A stretch of 64,000 nt of DNA from Heptranchias perlo (taxonomy: Eukaryota). Below are positions 27,080 through 39,776 of the stretch, piece by piece; within the stretch, counting starts at the first letter, position 1; every line of letters starts with the position of its first letter. The stretch is from NCBI RefSeq assembly GCF_035084215.1, contig NC_090350.1, positions 27,342,001 to 27,406,000 of the forward strand, given 5' to 3'. Under the pieces are notes generated by a model. It made no database searches, was not told the DNA's origin, and saw only the letters and a list, made by a program, of their open reading frames with translations. The translations under genes and the position numbers were made by a program.

Positions 27080-27175
27080 TTATGCCTGGACATCTACCAA
27101 TTCAGGAGGCAAAGGAGATTTGGGATGTTTACTCTCAAAATGCTGTTTGAAAGTTTTAGGATCTGGCATCTGTGT
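27080..27175 (-). CDS. ZNF706: Zinc finger protein 706-like, coding exon 2 (TQMPDPKTFKQHFESKHPKSPLPPELVDVQA*)
   Basis: Acceptor cttttctttcag|ACA; 31 codons then TAA; matches the ZNF706 C-terminus and completes the C2H2 finger. A donor (tgg|gtgaga) follows at 27056. This exon is absent from the supplied ORF track. Confidence 0.96.
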   Translation of the reverse strand, partial: TQMPDPKTFKQHFESKHPKSPLPPELVDVQA

Positions 27176-27689
27176 CTGAAAGAAAAGAACATTATATCCA
27201 CAAGATCATAGTGGTGAGTAACTAGCACTAAATTTTCACACTGCCCAGTAATTTCAAAAAGGAAACAGCAATAAGAATGAGAATTACCCAATGGCTCTCT
27301 GGATAGTTGCATTGCACAATGTGGCAGTCAGACATATGCAGCAGGAGAATCCCTCACTTGTGTTGAAATTAACTGATCAGAGCAAGGTTTTTTTTATTAT
27401 TTGTTCATGGGATGTGGGAGTCACTGGCAAGGCCAGCATTTATTGGGTAGTGGTATAGGTGCAATAATTCTTTCATCCTAATATGTGCTGGATTCAAACC
27501 CAAGTCCAAGAGTTGAAAGACATAAGCCATGGCCCAAAGTCGACATGATTGTTCCCCACTTCCCTCCGGTCACGTACTCTGATGAGGTACATCTCCACAG
27601 GCGGTGACCTTCATCCATTTCCTTGTCCAAGTGTCTACTTTTCCACGTGCAAACAGACAGCACCAGTTCCTCATGTAAAAGACTACACA

Positions 27690-27960
27690 GCTGGCAGGCT
27701 ACTTAACCTCAAACACCACAGCAAGCCCAAACCTACTCTCCATTGACATCCATACATACACACTACCAAGTTTCAGGAACAGAAACCCTTGGTTGTTTTT
27801 TCCCCCGATGAACCCAGAGGCATGAAACCATTTGTCGGCCCTTACTGCATCCCTGGTTGTGATCACTTAACTCAGTATGGACAGAGGTATAAACCAGAGA
27901 TCTCCCTGATCTTTATGGCTGAGACAGTCACTGCCTTAATCAACTAAGTCATTAAGGAAG
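27690..27960 (-). mobile_element. LF-SINE-like element
   Basis: ctggcaggctactt...gacatccatacatacac...aaccctggttg...aactcagtatggacaga. Confidence 0.6.
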
Positions 27961-28265
27961 CTCTTGATATTTCAATTAAGCACTATAGAAATACAAGTTG
28001 TCAAATTGACAACTTGTGACAATAATTAAAACTAGTCCGGTGTAAATACTGTATACTACATTGATGTTACAAATATTCCAACAACATTAACTTTTTACAC
28101 TGTTGGAATTAGTCTGGCAACTTTGATTCAATTAAAAAAACTTTAGGCCTGACACAATTAGAACACAACAGTTGATCTAAACACGACAGCTACTGCAGTA
28201 TAATATTCTTTGAAAAGATCCTGTTACAGCAGTAATGAAATCGCTTTAATGGCCCATTGCTTTAC

Positions 28266-28397
28266 CTTGCAGACAGGACACGTGTGCACAAGTGCTGCTT
28301 TTGCTGCTGCTTTTTGATCAGATCCTCCCTTTTTCTTTTCAGCTTGCCTCTTGGCATTCTTCTGCTGGGCTTGTTTCTTCTGCTGTCCACGAGCCAT
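28266..28397 (-). CDS. ZNF706: Zinc finger protein 706-like, coding exon 1 (MARGQQKKQAQQKNAKRQAEKKKGGSDQKAAAKAALVHTCPVCK)
   Basis: SERF/4F5-like N-terminus MARGQQK followed by CxxC; 44 codons; phase-0 donor AAG|gtaaag; probable acceptor ttttgctag| at 28414. Confidence 0.96.
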
Positions 28398-29299
28398 GAT
28401 GAAACTCAGGAAAACTAGCAAAATGCAATGCTTCAGTTACTGCACTTGATAATGAGACGAATCACCACAGGTACCACAGAAGCAAGTAATCAGAACACTT
28501 ACATACCCCTACACCAAAACAAGACTTTTTAATTAGAAAATTCTCAATTTGAGCAGAACCACCTTTAGGCATCCTATGCAGAATTAAAATAAAGAGTCAT
28601 TGTGCAGTCCCCAGCAGCTGAGAACCAATTGGGAGAGTTGAAATGGGTATAAATCAATCACTCCAGTAAGGAAAATACTGCATTTCCATCGATTAGTTCA
28701 AATTTGAAACTAAAAAAAGGCATTTAGTGCATATAGGATAGGCAATAAAAATGAAAGTCAGTACAAAGAATTAGTAAATTACCTATGGCATTACCCACTA
28801 AGACCCAGAATTCACTACCAAAATAACAGCAAGTTTAATGGCGCTCACTGTTATGTAAATCATCCAGCAACTTGTGGCGAGGAAGAGATATCCTGTGAAT
28901 TGCAAATCTCAAGTTGCTGGACAATCTGCACCACTCCGCGTTGGCCTCCGAAAACAGCAGCTCGCCCTCAACCTCCACGAATTTCATGAAGCAGCTGCAG
29001 TTGCGCATTAATTGTCAATTAAACTCACCGTAGAAAGTTGGGGTTGCTATTGAACAGCACAAGTACCTTTTTAATGGGATTTATGTTTCTGCAGTGCCAA
29101 TCAACCTCACCAGCCCAGAAAGGAAACAATTTAAACTCATTCCTACAGGTAGTAATTTGTTGAAGATTTTTAAAATTTTAGGAAATGTTAGCATGACACT
29201 TACCATTGTAAATAGCTAATAAACACATAACCAATCATAACAGGATTTAAATTTTGTGGACAGAAAGCACACACACTGCAAGATTTTATATATGTGGGA

Positions 29300-30970
29300 A
29301 AGCTACAAAAAAACTGGAAAGACTCAGGATATGCAAGAAAAAAAAAGGGCTTTCTACAGGCATATTAGTAGAAAGAGGATAGTTGAGATTGGGTCACTAA
29401 AGATGAAGGCAAGCTTGTAGCAGAGTGTGACAGAAATGCTAACTTTTGTCCTCTTTTTACCTAGATGAATATTGGCATTGTAGAAGCACCAGAGGTGGGT
29501 GTAGAACTGTCACTGGCGGTTAATTATTCAAAGAGAAATGGTGCTGAAAAAATTATTCCAACTTAAAATTGACAGGTCAGATCTGATGGTTGACAGTTAA
29601 GGATCCCAAGAACGCTGGGGAAAAAACAATAGAGATCGACTATATGATTTTCCAAAATTCTACGGAGACACACGAGGGCTGAAGGTTGGCAAATGTGACA
29701 ATCATCTTCAAAAAAGATACACAAACCAGTAAGCTACTGGAATCTTATAATACAAGATGAAATTGCTCAGCACTTGGAGAAACATGAATTAATTGGGAGC
29801 AGTCAGCATTGATTGCTAGAGGGCAGGTTATGATTGACTAAACAAAATTCTTTGAACAAAAAAGGAAAAGCATGTGATTTATATGGATTTGCAGAAAACA
29901 TGTGGTAAAGTACCATTTAAGATACTTATGGCAGAGATAATGGCACATGGAATTAAGGAGAATGTATTGACGGATAGAGAAATGGCTAGAAGATAGAAAG
30001 CAAGGGTGGAGTAAAATAAAGTTTCTGACACTGGAAAAATCCATGTGTTGGGGATGCGGATGCTGTTACTATATACATAAATATTTGGAGTTAAGAATTG
30101 AGGGAACAATATCGACTTGATAAAATTGGGGGTATAGAAAATTGTGACAAGGACTGTGAAACACTTCAGGAGGACATGATGGTTAGCAGCAGACAGGTGG
30201 CACGCAACGTGAAATAATACATTTTCGAACAGAAGGAAATAATCCTAAATAGTGAGATTTTAAACAGAGGAGCAGAGTGACCTTGATGTGCAGATACATA
30301 GGTTGTTATAAAGGTGGCAGTACAAGTAGGTATGGCCATACAAAGGCAAACAGTAGCCTCGGTTTTGTGGATAAAAGCAGAGTACAAAAACAAAACATAA
30401 TGACAAACTTGTATTAAACTTTATCTAGGCTACAGTTGGAGTAAATGCATACAGTTTTCTGCAATTCATTCATAAGAATATAAAAGCAATGGAAAAGCTG
30501 CAGCTTAGATTCACTAGAATCTGACCAAAGGTGAGTGGTTGCAGTTATGAAGAGATGCGAGAAGTTAGGACTTTTTCCACACCAGAGAAGGCTGAGGAAT
30601 GACTTGATAGAGGTATTCGAGATTATGAAGAGTTGTGATTGATCAGAAAGTAATCTGCCACTGCCCTCTGAACAGAAACAAGAGAACACAGATTTAAAAA
30701 TCACAAAAACATTAAGGGAGGGGGTTAGAAAAAAAATCTTGTACCAAGGATGGATAGAAAGTGGATTTCTCTACCACAAACCATTGTTGCAGCAGAGGCC
30801 ATGAATTCTATTAAAAGAGAATTAGCTAGTTACTTGAAAAACAGGATTATTAAAGAGTATGCAGTGTAACCAAAGAGTAGGATTAGACTAGGTGCCTCAT
30901 GTAGAGAAAAAAACAGCAGACAAGATGGACCCAATGATCTGTTTCTATCATGTAACATGCTATGATTCTA
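29300..30970 (+). mobile_element. Old, degenerate CR1 LINE
   Basis: Remnants ggcaaatgtgaca..tcttcaaaaaa, atatggatttgcagaa and agaaggctgaggaatgacttgatagagg; tail ctatgattcta at about 30960. Confidence 0.75.
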
Positions 30971-31249
30971 CACACAAGTCTTAATTTGTACACCCACTCA
31001 GAAAAAGGCACATACCACTGCTTCAAATACATGACCAGGAAATGTAGAGATTTCTATTTTGCAATTACTTGCTACCTGTAGTATGAGGTATCTCAATTAT
31101 CCCAGACTAATAAGCATATAATTTTCCTTCATCTTCCCATCCCCTAAAAATATAAAGCAAACATGTTCCCTACAAAAAGCAGATAAATGTAAAGGAATAG
31201 CACAAAGAACAAATTCAGTGACATGGGAGGGTTTTACATATACTTTACA

Positions 31250-31652
31250 AGTCAGTGGTAGCACGCTAACCTCCAAATCAGGTGGTTGTGGGTTCAAAGC
31301 CCACTACAGAGATGAGCACATAATCTGGGCTGACACTTCAGTGCAGTACTGAGGGAGTGCTGCACTGTTGGAAGTGCTGTCTTTCAGATGAGCATAACAG
31401 ATCCCACAGCACTATTTAAAGAACAGGGGAATTCTCCCAGTGTCCTGGCCAACAATTAGCCCTCAATCAATACCTAAAACAGATGACCTGGTCATTTATT
31501 TAATTGCTGTTTGTGGGAGCTTGCTGTTGGCAAATTGGCAGCCACAATGCCTACATTACAACACTGTCTACACTGCAAAAGTACTTCATTGGTTGTGAAG
31601 GGTTTTGGGACATCTTGAGGTCATGAGAAATGCTATATAAAATGCAAGTCTC
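31250..31652 (+). mobile_element. Deu-domain SINE
   Basis: B box ggttcaaagccc; gagggagtgctgcactgttgg; 3' tgctatataaaatgcaagtc. Confidence 0.85.
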
Positions 31653-31834
31653 ACTTGTTACTTTTAGCAATATTTTTCTCATTTCCATCAGAAATATGTA
31701 TTCAGTCATTAAGACCATGTAACTTTATTTCAATTTGCACCCTAAATATATTCAACAATCTATACTTTAACATCAGTTACTGTGCTTCAAGTGGGTTCAT
31801 CACCTTTGAATAGGCAATTCAACTAATTTGAACA

Positions 31835-32345
31835 ATAGTTATTTACAGCTGTACAGAGCTCTGGTTAGACCCCATTGGGAGTACTACATTCAGTTCTGGC
31901 ACCACACTTGAAGAATATATTGGCCTCAGAGGGGTATAGCACAGATTTACCAGAATTATACCAGGGCTAAAAAGGTTTAATTATGAGGCCAGGTTGCATA
32001 GACTAGGCTTTTATTCCCTTGAATATAGAAGATTGAGGGATGATTTAATTGAGGTGTTTAAGATGATAAACTATTTCTTCTGGAGATAGTCCAGAACAAG
32101 GAGCCATAACCTTAAAATTGGAGCTCAGCCATTCAGGCATGAGGTCAGGAAGCACTTCACAAAAAGGGTTGTGGAAATTCCTCAAAAAGCTGTTGCGACT
32201 AGGTCAATTGAAAATTTTAAAAGATAGATTTGTTAAGCAAGAGTATTAACAGTTACAGAACCAAGGTGGGTAGATGGAGTTAAGATACAGATCAGCTGTG
32301 ATCTAATTGAATGGTAGAACAGGCTCCAGGGGCTGAATAACCATG
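31835..32345 (+). mobile_element. CR1 LINE 3' fragment
   Basis: ctgtacagagctctggttagacccc...cagttctggcaccaca; 3' UTR gatctaattgaatgg. Confidence 0.8.
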
Positions 32346-32694
32346 AAGTCTATCTACACTAGTTAAACTTCACTTTTCACCCACTGCAATTGTACGGCCT
32401 GTGCAAAACAAAAATGGCAGCTGGAAGTGCAACTCAAGTCACTTCAGGAGGAAGCTGCATTGTATAACGGACCTATCGATATTTACTGTAAGCTTTTTTT
32501 GCCAGTTTATTACTTAATGTAAACACCCTCACCAACCAAACAAAAAGACAAAACCTTCTCAGTCCCTCGTCCCCTTCACCTTGTGGCAGCCAGTGCACCA
32601 ACATCCACTACTTTCCCCACCAGCTTCTTTCGCCGCTCCCACATGCGTCTAAGCCCGGTTAAAGCGACTCGAAATTCGCAACTGGCTTAAAATC

Positions 32695-32716
32695 GGGGGG
32701 GGGGGGGGGGGGGGGG
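32695..32716 (+). repeat. poly-G tract (22 nt) at the edge of the CpG island
   Basis: Counted directly in the sequence. Confidence 0.95.
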
Positions 32717-32799
32717 AAGAGAAATGTAGGAAGGGCGGAAAAAAAAAATCTAATGTCTAGGTGACCTCAATCCAAAGCCCCTCCCTCCAGTTAGCCGCC

Positions 32800-33345
32800 A
32801 GTCAGTACGAAATCCCCGAGGCGCGGCGTGTGGCCTTGCCGCAGGGCTATAACAGCTGACGGCTCCATGACCAGCCGCTGCGCAACCTCCCTCCCTCGGC
32901 AATGGCGAGCGCTCGCGCCCGCGCCCGACGAACGACTCCGAGCTAAAGAGCGCGAGCGACCGCTCAACCGGGGCGGATTCCATTTCCAAAGCCACCGAGA
33001 ACACCCGCCTGACACAATCAACTCACCTACTCGACCAGCCCGGGTCACAGCGACCGATGATGATGCTAATGGGGGATTCGCGGCCCCCGACACGCACCCA
33101 ACCCAGCTCACGTCGGCCTCTGTCTTTTCGGTCGGCGGTAGCTGAGTGTTGCGACAACGGAAATGACGCGAGTGTGCTTGTGCGCCCCGTCCCCACACAC
33201 AACAAAAAAAGAGCGCGCGCCCGGCAGGGTCACGTGGTCTCTGAGCGCTGCAGAAAACATTTGACAAAGATGTGTTGATTTGCAGTCAAGCGTGTTCAAA
33301 TGTTTGCGTTTGCACTTGCACCGACCTGTGCTTCTCCGCCGCCCT
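32800..33345 (-). promoter_or_regulatory. ZNF706: CpG island: ZNF706-like promoter and non-coding exon 1 (donor at 33027, start near 33150)
   Basis: High CpG density; minus-strand donor TAG|gtgagt at 33027/33026; ETS/CRE-like CGGAAATGACG (about 33158-33168); E-box GTCACGTGG (33229-33237). Confidence 0.75.
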
Positions 33346-33554
33346 CAGAAAATTGCTGAAAATTACAAGGAATGAAACAGATTCCAAATCTATTTAAACA
33401 AATAAGAGTTGCATTTATGTTTAGCTATCAAAATAGGCTACCCTTTTAAACCAATAGAACTGTCACTCCATGACGTTCAACAGATCTGGGTCATCTATTA
33501 TGCTTGCATTGGCACTTCAACATTATTTTTCCTGACATGCCGTCATTAACAATA

Positions 33555-35135
33555 AAATAAACTTGCCTTTATATACCGCCTTTAACTTAGAAAACATCTC
33601 AAGCGATTTAAAGGGGAGAGGGAAAAAAAGCGTTAAAACGGATGAAAGGAATGGATGCTTAGCCATTGGGAGAATTGACGGGGAAGGCCAAAAGTCAGTT
33701 GAAAAGATGCTTTTTGCGAATGTGTTTAAAGGGGGAGAGAGAAGTAGAGCAGGGAAGGGATTCAGGGACGGAGTTCTGAAGAATAGGGCTGAGATGGCTA
33801 CAGCTGTGGTGGAGGGAAGGGAGGAAGATGCATCCTGGAGATCGTATGTGTTGCAACCACAGTGCACTGGTAGCTGAGTAGTGGATATTGAGCTTAGTGG
33901 CATGATCAAGCGGATGGCTTTGAGATTCTTAAGTTTGTTGCAGCTCTGCCCATCCAGGTGAACAGTGAATATTCCATCACACTCCTAACTTGTGCCATAT
34001 GGATGGTGGAGAAATTTTCAAGGATCAGAATATAAGTCACATGTCTCAAGTACCTAACTTCTGCCTTGTTCTTATGGCATTGACGTGGCTGATTCAATTA
34101 AGCTTCTAGTCAAGGGTGATTTCCAAGTTGTTAATGATGGAGGACTCGGTAGTGGTGGTCAGGCAGGTGATTGAGCTTTTTCTTGTTGGAAATGGTCATT
34201 GTCTAACACTTGAGTGGTGCAAATGTTACCTGCCATTTGTCACCCCAAGCCTGGATATTGTTCAGGTCCTGCTGGAGGCTGGCATTAGCTGTTTAATTGT
34301 GAATGGAACTGAACACTGTGGAATGTCAGTGAACAATACCAATTCTGACCCTATGACAGAGGGAAGGTCATTGATAAAGCAGCTGAGAATGCCCCTTCCA
34401 CCCTCACCATCAACAAGTACAAGCAGCTCATGGACTTCTTTGTCACTAACATTGAGACCACCAGTTCAGCTTCCTCTGCCGCTTACCCCTTTCACTTTGC
34501 CCAATAAAGAAACTCTCTCCCAGGCTTCCCCCACCCATGTCTTTCTCTAGTTTCTCTCCTACCTCCCCTCATGCCCTCTCTGAGCTTATCTTGTCCAGAA
34601 GACTGATTTTGTTTGATCTTTCTGCAGCCTTTGACCACAGTCAACCATACTATCCTCATCCAACACCTCTCCTCCATTGTCCAGCTCAGTGGAACTGCCT
34701 TCACTTGGTTCTACTCTTACCTATCCAATTATAGCCAGAGCATCTCCAGACATGGCTTCTTTACCCACTTCCACACTGTTACTTCCAGGGGCCCCCATGA
34801 ATCCATCATTGCCTCCTCCTCATCCTCATCTACATGCTGCCCCTTGGTGGCATCAACTGCAGACATGGAATCAGCTCTGCCTTTATACAACCTCTCTCAA
34901 GCAAGCCCGCCACTGTCTCTGTGTTGTCACACTGCTTGTTCAACATCCAGTCTTGGATAGACCACAATTTCCTCCAGTTAAACATTGGGAAGACTGAAGC
35001 CATTTCCTTCGGCTCCCATCATAAAATCCGTACCCTTGTCACCAATTACGTCTCCTTCTCTGCTCACTGTCTCAGGCTGAACCAGACTGTTTGTAACCTC
35101 GGCATCCTATTCAATCCTCAGCTCAGTGTCTGAAC
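33555..35135. mobile_element. Cluster of non-LTR retrotransposon fragments (L2 tail on minus, RT C-terminal fragment on minus, L2 RT fragment on plus)
   Basis: AQVRSVMEYS (33906-34097, minus); LILFDLSAAFD and NFLQLNIGKTEAI..G (34537-35133, plus) are L2-type RT motifs. Confidence 0.75.
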
Positions 35136-36242
35136 CCAAATGCTGACACAATTTTAGCCATATTTTGCAAATAAATAAGTAAAAATGCAGCTTTTAGATA
35201 ATATACAAGATAACAAATCAAAACCAATAAACCTGTAAACCATTCATTATTCTGTACACAACTCTAGTTTTTCAATATGTTGAATTTATATTTATGAATA
35301 AAATACGCTATTATTGATGCTATTGGTTCATATTCACATTGCAGAGCAACATTCATAACTCTTTATTGCATACTATGTTTATGTTTGCTGCTCCATGCAT
35401 ATGTATTGTGTATAACTCTGCGCATATGGTTTTGTGTGTGTTTGTTGGTCTGTGTGTAACTGCATGCTGCTCTGTGCATATGGCTCAATTTGGCGGTGCT
35501 GATCTGTGCATAGAGAAAGCAATAATTTGCATTGATAATTTCAATACTATAATAAATGTTTGGAAATTCTGTACAATCAAACAAATGAATTCTGTTAGAG
35601 ATAAGCCATGCAGCAATGATGTCAGAAAGCATGCCTTCACACAAAGGGTAGTGGAAATTTGGAACTCTCTCCCCCCCAAAAAGCTGTTGAGGTGAGGTCA
35701 ATTGAAAATTTCAAAACTGAGATTTGGAACTACAGTAAATTTTGGAACTATAGTAAATTTTGATGGTTCACAGATTAATTAAAGCTTATTAGTATTTCAT
35801 TGGATAAAGTACATAACTTAAGTGAAATAAATTTTTCATGAAGTTGCAGTCTTCAGCAATTTTAAAATACTAAACTTTCAGATACTTGTGACAAAATGCT
35901 GCGTCCCCTTTAATTGTCTTGTCCTCTGCTTTTTTTTCTCCCCATTATGTCATTGTTCCAGGATATTTTATCAGCATGGACTACATTCTGTTATGAACAA
36001 AGTTTAAGGAGGTTGGGATTATTTTCTTTGGAAAAGATTAGATTTTGTGGTGATTCAATTGAAGGTTTCAGGACTACTAGTGAATCTCCCCTGGCTTTAT
36101 CCACGGAAAGTCAGAACAAAACAATTTTTTTTCAGTGTACATTGGGTGATACAGTGGGTACAGGTTTGGGAATCTGCAACTTCTGAACACATGGCGCTCC
36201 ATCTAGTGGCATAAGTGTGCAGTTGAGAATCATGATGCTCAA

Positions 36243-36735
36243 ATCATCATTGTTCGTCCTTTGATACCGAAGAAGACAGCCAGAATATTATCTCATTTTT
36301 TGCAATGAGTTCTTTAGTGACTATTGAGACCTATTTTTGCTTGGAATGAGTGACCACAGATTGAACAGCGGATCCCAGATACACTAGGTTGGGAATCTTG
36401 ATTTTTCAAGCGAGACTTCCTCAGTTGGCGTATACATTCAACATCAGCAGTGCGAAGGGCCTCATAGTAGGAGGTGCCTTCATGAATGTTTTTTCGCCAT
36501 GCTTCCTTATCTTGAGCAAGTTGTTCCCACTTATGGACTCCAATTTGGCACTGGTTCGGAGTAACTTTTAAGCAGTCTTCATATCTCTTTTGCTGATCAC
36601 CACAAAATCGCTTCCCAGTTGTCAATGCGCCATAAAAGATTTTCTTTGGGATTTGTTCATCAGACATTCGCACTACATGACCTGACCATCGTAGTTGTGC
36701 CTTCATGATCAAAGCACCTGTGTTTGGAATGTCAG
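36243..36735 (-). mobile_element. RTE-clade LINE, 3' end of ORF and tail
   Basis: QLRWSGHVVRM...IPKKIFYG.L..GKR..G.Q.KRY.D.LK and a C-terminal C..C....HS..AKIGL.SH zinc motif are typical of RTE elements; short (tga)n tail. Confidence 0.85.
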
Positions 36736-36959
36736 TTTTTTAAAGAACTTTGGTTTAAGAACAAATAAGGTATGCATGACATATATAGAACATTTTATAT
36801 TTTACTAGTTGATCTCCTGTAGCATTGCACATGAAAAATCAAGACCCAGAGTTGTCTTCATGTGAAGTGGGGTTAGAAAGCAAGGAATCATTTGATTAGG
36901 GCACACATGTGCAACCCAGTCCCCATTTTAAAGTCATACATTCTGTTCTTATTTTTAAG

Positions 36960-37290
36960 AGGTACTGCATTGTTGGTGGTGCTGTCCTTTGAGTGAGATA
37001 TTAAATTAAGACCCCCCATCTGCCTGCTCAGTTAGATGTTAAAGATTCTAATGCACTATTCCAAAAAGAGCAGGAAATTCTCCTGGTGTCCCAGCCAACA
37101 TTTCTCACTGATTCTACACCGATAATTAATTCATTAGTCATTCAGCTCATAGCTATTTGTGCTCAAAATGGCTGCCATGTTTGCTTACATGACAAAAATT
37201 TCTGCACTTCAAAATAATTCATTGTATGTAAAGCTCTTTGAGACATTCCTGAGAGATATAAGACACAATATAAATATAAAGTATTATTTT
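36960..37290 (+). mobile_element. Deu-domain SINE, 5'-truncated
   Basis: gtactgcattgttggtggtgctgtcc...gagcaggaaattctcctggtgtcc...aaatggctgcc. Confidence 0.75.
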
Positions 37291-37661
37291 TTCTTATTAT
37301 CTTCTTATGTCTCAGGATTCCGACATTGTATGGGCAGGACAGTCCCATATTTAAAGATGAATCATCATCCTTAACGTGTAGCTTTCTAGTTATTTTAACT
37401 CAACATGACATAATGTGCATAATCTAAATTTCTACATCATCTGCATCATTTGCCATCATTCCACATAGAGCTGTTGCATTCACCTTCTCTTTACAACACA
37501 GTGATGGTCTTTAACTCCACGCCTGTCCCCAAACCTTACTTCACGTTGTTATGATTTTTGTTCATGTTCTCTGCCAACCTTTCTCATTATAAATTGCTAT
37601 TTCAACATTTCCCATTCAAGTTTGCTATGTCAACTGACACAAAGTAGTTACAGCCTCTGGT

Positions 37662-38102
37662 AACCTAGCTAATGTGGAATAGAATTTTGATCACTGTCCC
37701 AGAAAACCCAAAAATCTGCCTGATTATAAAATATTCGGTGTAGAGTACAGCCTCTGGTCACTAGGTGATTCTTTGGACAGATTGCTTTCCCAACTCACTT
37801 CATCATCTTAGAATCATAGAATGGTTACAGCACTGAAAGAGGCCATTCGGCCCATCGAGCCTATCTTGTGCATAAAAAAAAGACAAATTCATCAACTGAC
37901 CATAATAAATGCCATGGGCAATTTACTAGTATTTTCAACATTTCATTGGATGCATAGAATGTATGAACAGAATCAGTGGAAGGTTACACTGCATTCTGAA
38001 GTGAAATGTAAAATTGCACTCTGCATCGAATGTTTTATAATCAGGCAGATTTTTGGGTTTTCTGGGACAGTGATCAAAATTCTATTCCACATTAGCTAGG
38101 TT
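37662..38102. repeat. Inverted repeat with perfect 70-bp arms (37662-37731 and 38033-38102)
   Basis: Base-by-base reverse-complement match, extending imperfectly about 18 bp inward. Confidence 0.95.
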
Positions 38103-39776
38103 TGGGGATTTAACATTCTTACAAAGTTGCTAGCCTTAGTCAACATAATCTTTTCTTTTGCATTAGGGACTAGAAACAAGTAAAGCAGTTCTTTTAATCC
38201 AGGCTGAGCGAATATTCATCTGAATAACACTGAACTCTATCTGTGCATGTACCCAAGACTGGTCAAACAGAACTATACAAACACAGATTCAGAGACTCAG
38301 TTCTATTTATGTACCAGAGTGTACAGAAGCTTTTTAGAGTACATTATGTCCAAGTCTGAACAATATCTGCCTATTTTATAATGGGAACTGTGAGACTGCT
38401 TTCACAACACTCAGTTATTTGTGCATGGTACCTCATTTTTTATTTTAAGTGCAGCCCATCACATATCTGATTAGTGGCAGCAACAATCTGTAACTGAAGA
38501 CATGCTGGCTACCTCTTTTCTCTACAGTATCCAGGCTTGCCAGATCATAAATCATTCGGTGATATTTTTGAGATGTGTCCCCTACTGAACTAATTTTGCC
38601 TCAGATGCAAAGGACTCAACAGAGCCCAACAAATATTGTTATCTGAACTAACACATTAAGTTCGGCTAAAACAAATGGGTGCAACCATTAAAATCTGCTC
38701 AGCCCATTGACTTGCTGAAATTTCACAGAGCTCCTCTGCAACCAGGTTTGCATTTTTTTGTTGTATGCTAATACCAGCCCCAACAGTTAACTCATATTTA
38801 CCACAAGAAGAGGACAGACGTCAATTTTGGAGGAAAGAGGTCTGACTGGAGACCAAACCAGTAACAGAGAGGAAAATTTTAGTATGCAAGCTGATCTCCC
38901 ATTGTGTTACTTATGGTAAGTTTAAGGATACATTGTTTTAAAGTGAGAGGAGCATTATATCACATAATACACAATGCATTATTCATCTGCCAAAGAGGCT
39001 TTGTGTTTAATTTGGTATATCAATTTAAGGTTCCATCCTGTATACATTGCTGTAGCTAAGAGAAGTATATCTCTAGATTGACAGCTGATTGTAAGTCCCT
39101 GGTTGCTGCCTTTGGGAAAACACCAGGTCGGATAAAACATGCAGAAAATGATTGATTTTCTCACTTTTGTTTTTATAACTTTTAAAATGCTTTTTGTTTA
39201 TTGGTAGTCACTCTAATGGTTAATTTATGATTTATTGTTATTTTATAAATGTGGTATGTGAGATGATCAGGTGTAAGTATGACAGAGACTTTGCCTGTGT
39301 GGCACTTTCAAGTGTGCCTGATGTGCTAGATGGAAATAAATTGAGAGAATCTTTGTGTTTGAAACTGCAAAATATCATAAACTAAACTTCTAAAATGTTT
39401 CTGAGGAAAACAATTCCATCATATATGACATTTCATAAGGTATGGTATGGTTTCATGAGCAATGGTATCCCTGTGGTACACAATCCATTACTCGAGAGGT
39501 TGTTGGGAGCACGATTAACCAAGTCTATGGGAGGTCACAATCTCTCACTTGAGCAAGAGATCATTATAGAGCCAGGGTTAGTCAACTACATAGTCCTGTA
39601 GTTTTAATAGAGGCCCTATAGTACTACTTTGAGTGCTGAGATAACTCTACCTTTATAACTATCCCTTGTTATTTGTTTGATTTATCAAGATTGGCCTGGT
39701 TTGAGAGGTTCCCATGGCATGGGTTGGGGATCCAGGTGCCAGGCCCTAGGTCAATTCCTGACATTACGAGGAGTCA

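Noticed and set aside
32750-33299. Several overlapping ORFs of 60-158 aa
   Set aside because: Expected by-product of a GC-rich CpG island; no recognisable protein.
35723-35762. Short direct repeat tttggaacta(c/t)agtaaat, two copies
   Set aside because: Simple 18-bp slippage duplication with no spacers; not CRISPR-like.
37662-38102. MITE or pre-miRNA interpretation of the inverted repeat
   Set aside because: The direct repeat brackets one arm only, and the spacer of about 270-300 bp is too long for a pre-miRNA.
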